64,000 nt of DNA, from sequence record NZ_CP067423.1. The stretch is one strand, 5' to 3'. How positions within the stretch are numbered: the first letter of the stretch is position 1; each line of letters begins with the position of its first letter. Under the pieces are notes generated by a model. That model did not search any database. It saw only the letters and a list, made by a program, of their open reading frames with translations, and was not told the origin of the DNA. The translations under genes were made by a program, and so were the position numbers. This document shows, piece by piece, positions 30,881 to 39,738 of the stretch. The DNA comes from a plasmid.

Positions 30881-30893
30881 GTCAGATTCCGCG

Positions 30894-31379
30894 TCACTGT
30901 GCGGAGACGATGAGACGTACCTGTCCGGTGATGCCGGCCGTGCGTTCTGCGCCACGGGCAGCTTTGCGCCAGTCGATATAGCCCAGTTCGACTAGCAGAT
31001 TATACACCCGGAAGATCGCGGCCTTGGTCACGCCAAGCCGGCGCGACAGGTAATCCGGATCGGTGACAATCTGGCCGTCATCTGCGGGGTGGATAGCACC
31101 GGTTTCGTCGGCGTGATGGCTCATCACGCCAATGGCATGGAGAGCGGTGGCGGATGTGATTCGCGGATCGATCATTGCGCGCAAGGCGACGTTGGCAACA
31201 GCCATCGGGATGGATCTCCCTTGGTCAGCCAGATAGCCGCTTGCATCAACCACGTCGCGTCGTCCATGATTCGACTCGAAATTCGAGTCGACCTTGAAAT
31301 TGGACACTATAACGATTATAGTGTCTGGAGACGCTGGCTGAGGCATTCGGTCCTTAGCTGACGGAGTAGCAAAGTCCAT
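30894..31379 (-). CDS. hypothetical winged-helix DNA-binding protein
   Basis: C-terminal wHTH-like segment (LSRRLGVTKAAIFRVYNLLVELGYIDWRK). The ORF extends to 31517 and the start is uncertain. Confidence 0.4.
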   Translation of the reverse strand: MDFATPSAKDRMPQPASPDTIIVIVSNFKVDSNFESNHGRRDVVDASGYLADQGRSIPMAVANVALRAMIDPRITSATALHAIGVMSHHADETGAIHPADDGQIVTDPDYLSRRLGVTKAAIFRVYNLLVELGYIDWRKAARGAERTAGITGQVRLIVSAQ

Positions 31380-31748
31380 TGATCCTGGGCGCTGAAACCA
31401 TGGGATCGATGGCGGCGAAAAATGACTGAGGGCGGCACTGTGTGGTAGCGGTGTCGCCCTTAGTCGTGTCAAGTATGTTACTCTCTGGCTGGTTGCGGGA
31501 CAACACCTTTTTTTCACTACATCATTTAGACCGTGAAAAAGCCCACGCGATAGATTGGGTAGGGATCGGCCTCCTGTGACAGGAGCGACGCATTAAATTG
31601 GCTTATCGGATATGAGGAGCCGCTTCATGCATCGCCTCTGCTTTCACAGTGCCGATGCAAACATGTGGAGTGACCTTCCGGTTCTTCTTTTGAATAGTTG
31701 CTCCACGGAGAACCGACGGACCCTGCGGAGGCTGACGGAATTCGAAGC

Positions 31749-33959
31749 TCAGGTTGCGTGTTCCCGCTGAGCCACCGGACCAGCGGCCTCGAGGTCTTCC
31801 GGCAGGTAGTGCGCGAGCCGGCTGATCTGCTCGGCGGTGACGGCGCGGGAGAACAGCCAGCCCTGGAGGTGATCGCAGCCGGCCCGGCGCATCAGCTCGG
31901 CCTGCCTTTCGGTCTCGACGCCTTCGGCCACGACCTGCATGTCGAGGGCGCGGGCGACGGCGACGCTGGCCTGCACCAGCGCCTGGGCGGTGGCGCTGTC
32001 GACGGCATCGACGATCATCGAGCGGTCGAGCTTCAGCTTGTCGAAGCGGAACTGGCGCAAAAACCCGATGCTGGCGTAGCCGGTGCCGAAATCGTCGAGC
32101 GCCACCGTGACGCCGAGCCGCTTCAGCTGGTCCAGCACCCGCTCCGCGACATCGGGCGAACCGACCAGGTAGGTTTCCGTGATCTCCAGCTCCAAACGCG
32201 CTGGCGGGAAGCCGGTCTCGGCCAGGATGCCGGCCAGCGAAGCGGGGAAACCAGGATTGCGCAGCTGCGCCGCCGAAACGTTGACAGCTACCTTCAGATC
32301 CGGCCAGGTCAGCGCCTCGGCGCAGGCGCGCTGGAGGACAAACAGGCCGAGCGCGTCGATCAGCCCGCTCTCCTCGGCGATCGGCACGAACTCGGCCGGA
32401 CTGACCACGCCCAGCACCGGGCTGGTCCAGCGCAGCAGCGCCTCGACGCTCGACACCGCCCGGTCGCGCGCCCGCACCAGCGGCTGATAGACCACTGTCA
32501 GGCCCTGATCGGTCAGCAGGCTGGCCCGCAGCTCGGTCTCAATCCGGTGAGCCTTCTGCCGGGCCTGGTCAAGTGCGGCGTCGAAGACGCACAGGCGCAT
32601 CCTGCCGGCGTGCTTGGCGGCGTACATCGCGACGTCGGCCCGGCGGATCAGCTCCTCCGTGCTCAGCTCGCCGCGCCGGCGGTCGGCGAAACCGATGCTG
32701 GCGCCGATCAGAACGGTGCGCTCGCCCAGATGGAAGGGAGCGGCGAGACGATCGAGCAGGAGGGCGGCCACCGCCCGGGCGCGTGCCGGCGCCTCGCCGC
32801 CGGTGAAGACCAGGGCGAACTCGTCGCCGCCCAGCCGGGCGATGAACCCGGCCGGCCCGGCGAGCTCGCGCAGCAGGCGGGCCACCGCCAGGATCAGCTC
32901 GTCGCCGACGCCGTGGCCGTAGCAGTCGTTGACGCCCTTGAAGCCATCGAGATCGAGCAGCAGCAGCACGGTCGCGTCTTTGGCCTGGTCGAGCTCGACG
33001 AGCAGGGAGCGTCGGTTAGGCAGGCCGCTGAGCCCGTCGACCAGGGCCTGCCGGGCCAGCGAGACGAGCGAGCCCAGCCCCTGTGCGGCAACAAACCACA
33101 GCAGACCGGCGGTGATCGTGAGCGCGCCGAGCACCGACGGCAGGGCCGTGCGCAGCGCCTCGAGGCCGGGCTCGGCGCGCCGCCACGACAGCGTCCCGAT
33201 CGCCTCCCCGAGGCTGTCCCGCAGGGTCAGGGCGCTGCGATCCGAAGCCGGAGGACCGGGCCTGAGATCCTCGACCAGCAGCGTGTTCGCCATTTCGTCG
33301 AGCATCGGCTGGGACAGCTGCTGGGAGAACACCAGCCGGTGCGGGTGATCGCCGGCAATCCGCTGCGCCAGGGCCGGCGAGGTTGGAACGATGTTGGCGA
33401 TGCCGATGATGGCCGGTCCGGCATCGGTCCGGACCAGGCCGCCGACCGGCTCGGTACCCCGGGGATCGAGGGTGGCGAGCAGCGCATCGAGAGCGGGGCC
33501 GTAGAGCGACGCCGCCGACTGCATTGTCGGCTGTCCTCCGGCAAAACCGCTGATCGTGGCATCCCCGGCATTGAGGATGAACATGCTGTCGTAGTTGTGG
33601 CCCTCGCCGGTCAGGATGCCCCAGGTGCGTTCGACGAAGTCGAGGTCCAGCGGCCCGTAGATGGCCCGCACCGCGTCATCCCAGTAGCCGTTGTCGCCGG
33701 CCTGGGCGGCGATGCGCCGGAAGGTCAGCTCGAGGCTTGCACCGACGGCCTGCACCGCCCGCTCCTGATCGATCCGGTTGGCTTCCCGCGCCGTGTGGAT
33801 CAGGCTGTAGGCCAGCACCGCAGCGAACAGCAGAAACAGGACCAGCGGCGGCAGCAGAACGCGTCGCCGTTCCGCACCCAGTACTATGGATCGAGAAAAG
33901 GCCGGCCTCGAAGCGCACAGGCCATCCCGGGAGCGTTTGTTCTGGTGAAGGCGCATCAT
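31749..33959 (-). CDS. membrane-bound sensor diguanylate cyclase/phosphodiesterase (GGDEF-EAL)
   Basis: N-terminal TM segments flanking a periplasmic sensor region. GGDEF motif (RLGGDEFAL) and EAL motif (EALLRW...DDFGTGYAS). Confidence 0.85.
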   Translation of the reverse strand: MMRLHQNKRSRDGLCASRPAFSRSIVLGAERRRVLLPPLVLFLLFAAVLAYSLIHTAREANRIDQERAVQAVGASLELTFRRIAAQAGDNGYWDDAVRAIYGPLDLDFVERTWGILTGEGHNYDSMFILNAGDATISGFAGGQPTMQSAASLYGPALDALLATLDPRGTEPVGGLVRTDAGPAIIGIANIVPTSPALAQRIAGDHPHRLVFSQQLSQPMLDEMANTLLVEDLRPGPPASDRSALTLRDSLGEAIGTLSWRRAEPGLEALRTALPSVLGALTITAGLLWFVAAQGLGSLVSLARQALVDGLSGLPNRRSLLVELDQAKDATVLLLLDLDGFKGVNDCYGHGVGDELILAVARLLRELAGPAGFIARLGGDEFALVFTGGEAPARARAVAALLLDRLAAPFHLGERTVLIGASIGFADRRRGELSTEELIRRADVAMYAAKHAGRMRLCVFDAALDQARQKAHRIETELRASLLTDQGLTVVYQPLVRARDRAVSSVEALLRWTSPVLGVVSPAEFVPIAEESGLIDALGLFVLQRACAEALTWPDLKVAVNVSAAQLRNPGFPASLAGILAETGFPPARLELEITETYLVGSPDVAERVLDQLKRLGVTVALDDFGTGYASIGFLRQFRFDKLKLDRSMIVDAVDSATAQALVQASVAVARALDMQVVAEGVETERQAELMRRAGCDHLQGWLFSRAVTAEQISRLAHYLPEDLEAAGPVAQREHAT

Positions 33960-34099
33960 TTACTCAGCTATATTTTTTGAAGGCAGTTATGTTTATGGTG
34001 GAGAAAGGGAGCGATCTCGGCTTCAGCGGCAGTGTTGACATCAGGGCCTGCAAGTCATCCTGAACTCCAGTCCCGGCGCACTTTCCATGAATACTGATA

Positions 34100-34930
34100 A
34101 AGATAGATTTATGGACGATTAAGGCATCCGTGCGTGGTGTATGACGCACGGGCTATGGCGGAAACTGGGTGATGAGGAGATGAGGGAGGCGGCGTATCGA
34201 GATAGGTGCTTGAAGCCTGCCTGAACCTCCAGAGGGGCGATACGCCATGAACGAGGATAGCAGCATTGTCCGGTTTCGCCAGCCCGACACAATCGACGAT
34301 CTCCTGACGGCCTTCACCCTCTATGAACACATCTCCCATGCATGGACAAAGGAGCCACAACGGTTCAACCTCAATCCGCTCCACCAAATGCCGGGATTAA
34401 ACATCTAGCTTTGAAAGGTCGCCGGTTCGAAACCTGGACCGAGATCGAGCAGGCCGTTGAACGCGCCACCGCCTACTGGAATGAGCACAAGCATTCCTCC
34501 ATCTGGAGACGCTGACGGCACCACCGCCAAGCCCGCCGTCTCGGTGTTGCCACCTTCCCAGCAATCTCACTGATTGAGCGGATGTACCACTAAGGCACCC
34601 ACATCTTAATTTTTAGAAATCAGGCGTCTATTGGGGTTACGGAACTTTAATGATGATCAGGAGGTAAAAGAAACGGCATTCATGAGATAAATATCGGCAG
34701 GACTTAAATACATCGTTATTACAGCTTGTGACAAATTTTCTTGAAGTTGAGCAAATCAAACAATCAATGTGCTGCCTCATCTCTAATCATACGATATGAT
34801 CATGATGGAAAAATCGTATAAGCTTTACAATAGATGAAACTAAAACAAAAAATAATGCTGAAAAATATCTTATCTTTTATGTAAATTACTTGCCTATCTG
34901 CCGTGATTGTTCGTTTTATAGATCGACAAC
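34100..34930. other. AT-rich island (about 40-45% GC) with IS-remnant fragments
   Basis: Strong compositional contrast with the surroundings and no intact ORF. It contains the IS3/rve tail fragment at 34411-34515. Confidence 0.5.
34411..34515 (+). pseudogene. remnant of an IS3/IS481-type (rve integrase) transposase C-terminus
   Basis: Translation LKGRRFETWTEIEQAVERATAYWNEHKHSSIWRR* resembles the conserved tail of rve-type transposases. Confidence 0.3.
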
Positions 34931-34939
34931 TTTTGAGAG

Positions 34940-35157
34940 GTGGCGAGCATGGATGAGGTTCATCCCCGAATTCGGTCGCTTGTTGAACTGTGGCAGCTGA
35001 GGTGCGGGCCGGACGACATCCCTTGGCGCAGTGACCTCAGCGTTTTCGCGCTGAAGCCGTGGCTGGGCTGCCTGACCATCTTTGAGGAAATCGAGAAGGG
35101 CAGCGATTATCTCGTTCGCCTCGATGGTCAGGGCGTTGTCGAATTGACCGGCGCCGA
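34940..35157 (+). pseudogene. 5' fragment of a PAS-like sensory domain gene truncated by IS26-like copy 2
   Basis: The frame MASMDEVHPRIRSLVELWQLRCGPDDIPWRSDLSVFALKPWLGCLTIFEEIEKGSDYLVRLDGQGVVELTG runs directly into the IS left end at 35158. Confidence 0.4.
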
Positions 35158-36126
35158 GGGTTTTGTCAGATCTCAGGGCAGCTTGCCGAGAGCGCTTGCA
35201 GCGGATAGGTTCCCGAGCCCATTTTGAGAGATCAAGAGAGCCGCCATGGACTGCCCGCACTGCCGCTCGTCGGCGACTACGGAGCGGGAGGGGCGAACGG
35301 TTCATGGCTTCCGGCGGTTTCGGTGCCGGGATTGTGGGCGGCGGTTCAACGAGCGGACCGGCACGGCGCTGAACCGGGTCCAGGTCCCGACGGACATCGT
35401 GTTTCTCGTGGTCTTCTGGAGATTGCGCTACAAGCTGAGCCTGCGTGATCTGGCGGAGATGTTCCTGATCCGGGGCATCGTGTTCACCCACGAGGCGGTG
35501 CGAGATTGGGAAGCCAAACTGGCGCCACTGCTCAGTGAGGGCCTACGTAAGCGGCGGGCTGGCAAAGCCGGCCGCTGCTGGCACGTCGACGAGACGTATC
35601 TCAAAGTCGCCGGCAAATGGTGCTATCTCTACCGGGCGATCGATCGCGACGGTAACCTGGTCGACGTCTACCTCAGCAAAAGCCGCGACATGGCAGCGGC
35701 CAAGGCTTTCCTTCGTTCCGCCAGGTCGGTCACCCAGGTCGAGCCCGAGCAGGTCACAACCGACGGCCATACCAGCTACCCTAAGGCCATAACCGACGAA
35801 CTCGGCACGGACGTCGATCACCGCACCAGTCAGTACAAAAACAACGTGATCGAGCAGAATCACCGGAGCATAAAAGCACGCTATCGACCGATGCGCGGCT
35901 TCAAGAATTTTGATGCGGCTCATCGCTTCTGCCGCGCCTTCGACGAGGTCCACAACTTCCTGCGATCGGCCAGCTACATCAACCAGAACGTCTCCCTCGC
36001 CCGCCGCCGGACCATCCACGTGCAGCGGGTGGCCGCGTTGCGGGATCTGATCTCCGTCGCATAATACAGCTTCTGGTAGTCAGACGCTTGTTCAATGCTC
36101 AACTTGCCCCGAAAGCTGACAGATCC
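35158..36126 (+). mobile_element. IS6 family (IS26-like) insertion sequence, copy 2
   Basis: Identical to copy 1 over 969 bp. Confidence 0.85.
35246..36064 (+). CDS. IS6 family transposase (copy 2)
   Basis: Identical to 26565-27383. Confidence 0.9.
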   Translation: MDCPHCRSSATTEREGRTVHGFRRFRCRDCGRRFNERTGTALNRVQVPTDIVFLVVFWRLRYKLSLRDLAEMFLIRGIVFTHEAVRDWEAKLAPLLSEGLRKRRAGKAGRCWHVDETYLKVAGKWCYLYRAIDRDGNLVDVYLSKSRDMAAAKAFLRSARSVTQVEPEQVTTDGHTSYPKAITDELGTDVDHRTSQYKNNVIEQNHRSIKARYRPMRGFKNFDAAHRFCRAFDEVHNFLRSASYINQNVSLARRRTIHVQRVAALRDLISVA

Positions 36127-36543
36127 CGCGAGAGCTGGTCGGCTGGGAACGCCGGATGGGCTTGGACGATGGTCTCGGCCTTGTCGGCGCCACGCGTCCG
36201 CGAGAGCTTCCAGAACTGGTATCGCGCCGACAATCCGCAAAGCCCGGCGCAGATCTACAAGGATATGACGGTCGAGACAAATTTCGTCCGATGGGAGCCG
36301 ATCTGCCCGGTCGAGAAAGCCTGCATCGCCGACGGCCCTCCCGCCTATCGCGTCTGGTTCGACCGGGTCGAGACGCTGCCGGACGGCAAGCCGATGCCAC
36401 CGGTTCGCTATGCCGCGACAGTCGCGATCAAGCGGAACGTCGAACTTCCACAGGACAGGATCTGGCAGCGCTGGACCTTCAACGCCCCGCAGATCCAGGT
36501 CATCGAGTACGCAGGCGCCCAGCGCGAAGGAGTCAGCAGGTGA
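36127..36543 (+). pseudogene. virB8: virB8 3' fragment (5' part removed by the IS26-like insertion)
   Basis: The frame is open from the IS junction. VirB8-like periplasmic region (FQNWYRADNPQSPAQIYKDMTVETNFVRWEP...). Its TGA stop overlaps the virB9 ATG. Confidence 0.5.
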
Positions 36544-37562
36544 TGAACAAAGCACCCCGGATCGGCTCGATGGCAGCCGTGGCACTGGCACTGATGTCCT
36601 CGGCCGCCACCGCCGCCGAAGTGCCGCAGCCGTGCGGGCCCGATCCGCGTGAGCGCTGCATCGCCTACGATCCGAGCCAGATCATCAGCCTGTTCCTGGT
36701 GCCCGGCGCCACGACCACTCTTCAGTTGCCTGACAATGAAGTCGTCTACAGCGTCGGCACATCGGATAACGAGATCATCAGCGGCAGGCCGCCGGTCGAA
36801 CGGGTCGCCACCGGCCAGTCCGCCACCGCCGACGACAATCTTCAGATTCATATGCCGGGCTCCGACGCCAACCCGTCAAAGTTCCTGATGGTCAAGGCGC
36901 TGCGCCACCTCGAGCCGCAGCCGTTCACCGTCATCGGCGTGTGGACGAACCCGGTCACCGGCAAGCAGGACCATCGTCGCCATTCCTTCGAACTCAGCAC
37001 CATCCCCGGCGGTCCGCAGACGCCTGACACCTTCTTCTCCGTCGTCTTCTCCGACCCCGTCGCTGCGAAGATCCTCAAGGAAGCCGAGCGGAAGGAGCGC
37101 CAGAAGCTCTGGCAGGAAAAGCAGGAGAAGCTCCAGGCACAGGCCGTGGCCGACCGGCTGACGCAGGTTCAGCAGTCCGTCCTCGCCCACAACGTAGCCT
37201 ATGACGGCCAGGGCACCGACGCCGACCGCATCGCCCTGGCGCCGACGGCGCCGGTCGGGCTGGATGCGATGTGGGACGATGGCCAGCGCACGTATCTGCG
37301 CTATCCCGGAAACCGCCCCGTGCCCCTGGCCTACCAGGTCATGCCCGATAGTTCGGAATCCGTTATCGGTCAGAGCACCGTGGTCGACTCAGCGACCAAG
37401 GGCAGCCTGCTGATCATCCACGGCGTCGTGCCGATGCTCCGGCTGCGCGACGGCAACTCCGTGCTCTGCATCACGAACAACGCCTATGACCCGGTGGGAC
37501 ACCGGACCGGAACCGGTACTGTCGACCCCGGCGTCTTGCGCCAAGTCAGGAGTGGGTCGTAA
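36543..37562 (+). CDS. virB9: VirB9/TrbG family T4SS outer-membrane core protein
   Basis: Signal peptide MNKAPRIGSMAAVALALMSSAATAA and a VirB9/CagX-like sequence. TAATG overlap with virB10. Confidence 0.8.
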   Translation: MNKAPRIGSMAAVALALMSSAATAAEVPQPCGPDPRERCIAYDPSQIISLFLVPGATTTLQLPDNEVVYSVGTSDNEIISGRPPVERVATGQSATADDNLQIHMPGSDANPSKFLMVKALRHLEPQPFTVIGVWTNPVTGKQDHRRHSFELSTIPGGPQTPDTFFSVVFSDPVAAKILKEAERKERQKLWQEKQEKLQAQAVADRLTQVQQSVLAHNVAYDGQGTDADRIALAPTAPVGLDAMWDDGQRTYLRYPGNRPVPLAYQVMPDSSESVIGQSTVVDSATKGSLLIIHGVVPMLRLRDGNSVLCITNNAYDPVGHRTGTGTVDPGVLRQVRSGS

Positions 37563-38677
37563 TGCTCGGGAACACCATCACTCCGCAGACCGACGCCACG
37601 ACGTCGCAGATCGCCGGACCCAGGGAGAGCAGGAAGAAGAAACTCGGCAAGGCGCTGCTCGGCACCATCACCATCATCGCCGCCGGCTGGTTCATCCTGA
37701 CCGACAGCCCGCCGCCGCCGGTCGAAGCCGACCGCAGCACCGTCGCCCGCAACGGTGAGATCGGCAGCGCCTTCGCGCCGATCCCGCCATCAGCTCCATC
37801 GGCAACGCCGACCACCACGAAGCCGCCCCTGCCGCCGGCAAGGCCGACAGGCACGGGCATGCCGAGCGTGCCCACCATCCTGGCTCGACCTGTCGTTCGG
37901 CCGCCGATCTCGGCACTGCAGACGAGTGGAGGACTCAAGACCGCCGCCGCGAATCCCACTGCACCGACGTCGTCTACCGCAGGCGGCGTCGAAAGCATCT
38001 CCGCCATGAACGGCGGCGGCGGTAGTGATCGGCTGGACGAAGGCCTCGAGGCAGGACGCGACGGCGGTACGGTTTCCGCAACGATGCTGCCGGACCGCAA
38101 CCTGTTCATGACAATGGGGACGCCGATCCCCTGCATTCTGGAGCAGCCGATCAACACGCAGGTTCCCGGCCCCTTCCGGTGCAAGGTTCGCGGACCGGTC
38201 TACAGCACGTCCGGCGCGGTGCCGCTGCTGGACGATGGCACCTGGGCGTTCGGGCGCGTCGCTCAGCACCTGGAGCGCGGGATGGATCGCGCGTTCGCCG
38301 TGGTCACCCGGCTGGAGACACCGCAGGGCTGTCTGATCAAGTTGCGGGCCTCACTGGGCGACCAGCTTGGAACCCCCGGCATCGACGGTGAGGTCGACAC
38401 CCACTTCTTCGAGCGGTTCCGCGGCGTCGCCATGATCGCCCTGCTCGATGCCGCCGGTCAGGCCGCCGCGATCGGCGCGTCTAACGCCATTGGCGCCGAC
38501 AGCGGCATCTCGTTCAACCAGTTCCAGAGCGGCAGCAAGAACCTCGCCCAGGGCAGCTACGGCGACGACATCGACATCCCCCCGACTCTCCGCCGGGCCC
38601 AGGCGGCGCAGGTGCTGATCATGGCGATGGACGACATCGACATGCGGCCGTGCTTCTCGCTGACGATGGCCCGCTAA
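37562..38677 (+). CDS. virB10: VirB10/TrbI family T4SS protein
   Basis: N-terminal TM helix, Pro-rich linker and a conserved VirB10 C-terminal domain. Confidence 0.85.
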   Translation: MLGNTITPQTDATTSQIAGPRESRKKKLGKALLGTITIIAAGWFILTDSPPPPVEADRSTVARNGEIGSAFAPIPPSAPSATPTTTKPPLPPARPTGTGMPSVPTILARPVVRPPISALQTSGGLKTAAANPTAPTSSTAGGVESISAMNGGGGSDRLDEGLEAGRDGGTVSATMLPDRNLFMTMGTPIPCILEQPINTQVPGPFRCKVRGPVYSTSGAVPLLDDGTWAFGRVAQHLERGMDRAFAVVTRLETPQGCLIKLRASLGDQLGTPGIDGEVDTHFFERFRGVAMIALLDAAGQAAAIGASNAIGADSGISFNQFQSGSKNLAQGSYGDDIDIPPTLRRAQAAQVLIMAMDDIDMRPCFSLTMAR

Positions 38678-38700
38678 CCCGATCACCAAAGGACACGGAC

Positions 38701-39738
38701 ATGAACCACCAACACGCGGCCCTTCCCCTGCTCGACTTCGCCCTCACACCGTTCGCCGAGTTCATGGCCGACGACATGGTCGAGGACATCATCATGAATC
38801 GGCCCAATGAAGTGTTCGTCCGGCGCGGGGCGACGACCACGCGCCACGAGGTCGCGGTTGACTTCGTCGATCAGCAGGGTATCGCCATCCTGGCCGCCGC
38901 CATCAAGGGCCAGAACGTGGGCAAGGCGACGCCGCTGCTGTCCTGTGATCTGCCCGGCGGTACCCGCCTGCAGGCCGTGCTGCCGCCCTGCGTCAACGAC
39001 GGCACCGTGGCGCTGGCCATCAGGCGGGCGAAGAAGACGTCACCGACGCTCGACCAGCTCGCCGCCGGCGGTATCTTCTCCGGTGTCGAGCCGCTGCGGG
39101 ATGGCCTCTCCCGCGACACGGAAGCCCTGGTCGCCCTCTACCACGAGGCATGCCGCGCCACCGGGCCCGATGAACGCCATCACGCCTGGACCGCCTTCCT
39201 GCGTGCCACCATGAAAGCCCGCATGACGCATGTCCTGTGCGGCGAGGTCGGGTCCGGCAAGACCTTCTTCGGCATGGGGCTGGCCAACGAGATCCCGCTG
39301 GACGACCGGCTGGTCACGGTTCAGGACAGCGACGAATGGAGCGCCCTACCCCACCGGAACCGTACCGATCTGTTCTACAGCAAAGGCGGTCAGGGAGCCG
39401 CCAACGTCACACCGAATGATCTGGTTGAGGCATCGCTGCGGCTGGCCATGCGGTGGTTGCTGCTCCAGGAGCTGCGCGGCGCTGAAGCCTTCTCGTTCCT
39501 GCGGGCCCGCCGCTCCGGACATCCCGGCCTGACCACCTGCCACGCCTCCAGCACGCGCGAGGTCTTCCCAACGCTGGCGCTGATGGTCAAGCAGGCACCG
39601 GCCGCCTCCAGCGTCGAGCTGCCCGACATCGAGGCGTCACTGAAGAGCCTGATCGACGTCGTGGTTCACTTCCACCGGCCCGAGGGACGCTTCGCCGTTT
39701 CCGAAGTATGGTTCCGGTATGCGGAGGCCGCAGCATGA
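38701..39738 (+). CDS. virB11: VirB11 family T4SS ATPase
   Basis: Walker A GEVGSGKTF. ATG at 38701. Confidence 0.85.
   Translation: MNHQHAALPLLDFALTPFAEFMADDMVEDIIMNRPNEVFVRRGATTTRHEVAVDFVDQQGIAILAAAIKGQNVGKATPLLSCDLPGGTRLQAVLPPCVNDGTVALAIRRAKKTSPTLDQLAAGGIFSGVEPLRDGLSRDTEALVALYHEACRATGPDERHHAWTAFLRATMKARMTHVLCGEVGSGKTFFGMGLANEIPLDDRLVTVQDSDEWSALPHRNRTDLFYSKGGQGAANVTPNDLVEASLRLAMRWLLLQELRGAEAFSFLRARRSGHPGLTTCHASSTREVFPTLALMVKQAPAASSVELPDIEASLKSLIDVVVHFHRPEGRFAVSEVWFRYAEAAA

Larger units (their letters stand above)
26477..36126. mobile_element. IS26-like-bounded segment (direct identical IS copies flanking 7.7 kb); pseudo-compound transposon-like structure
   Basis: Two identical directly oriented IS6 copies. 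No matching 8-bp target duplications at the outer or inner junctions. Both outer junctions truncate genes. Confidence 0.55.
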
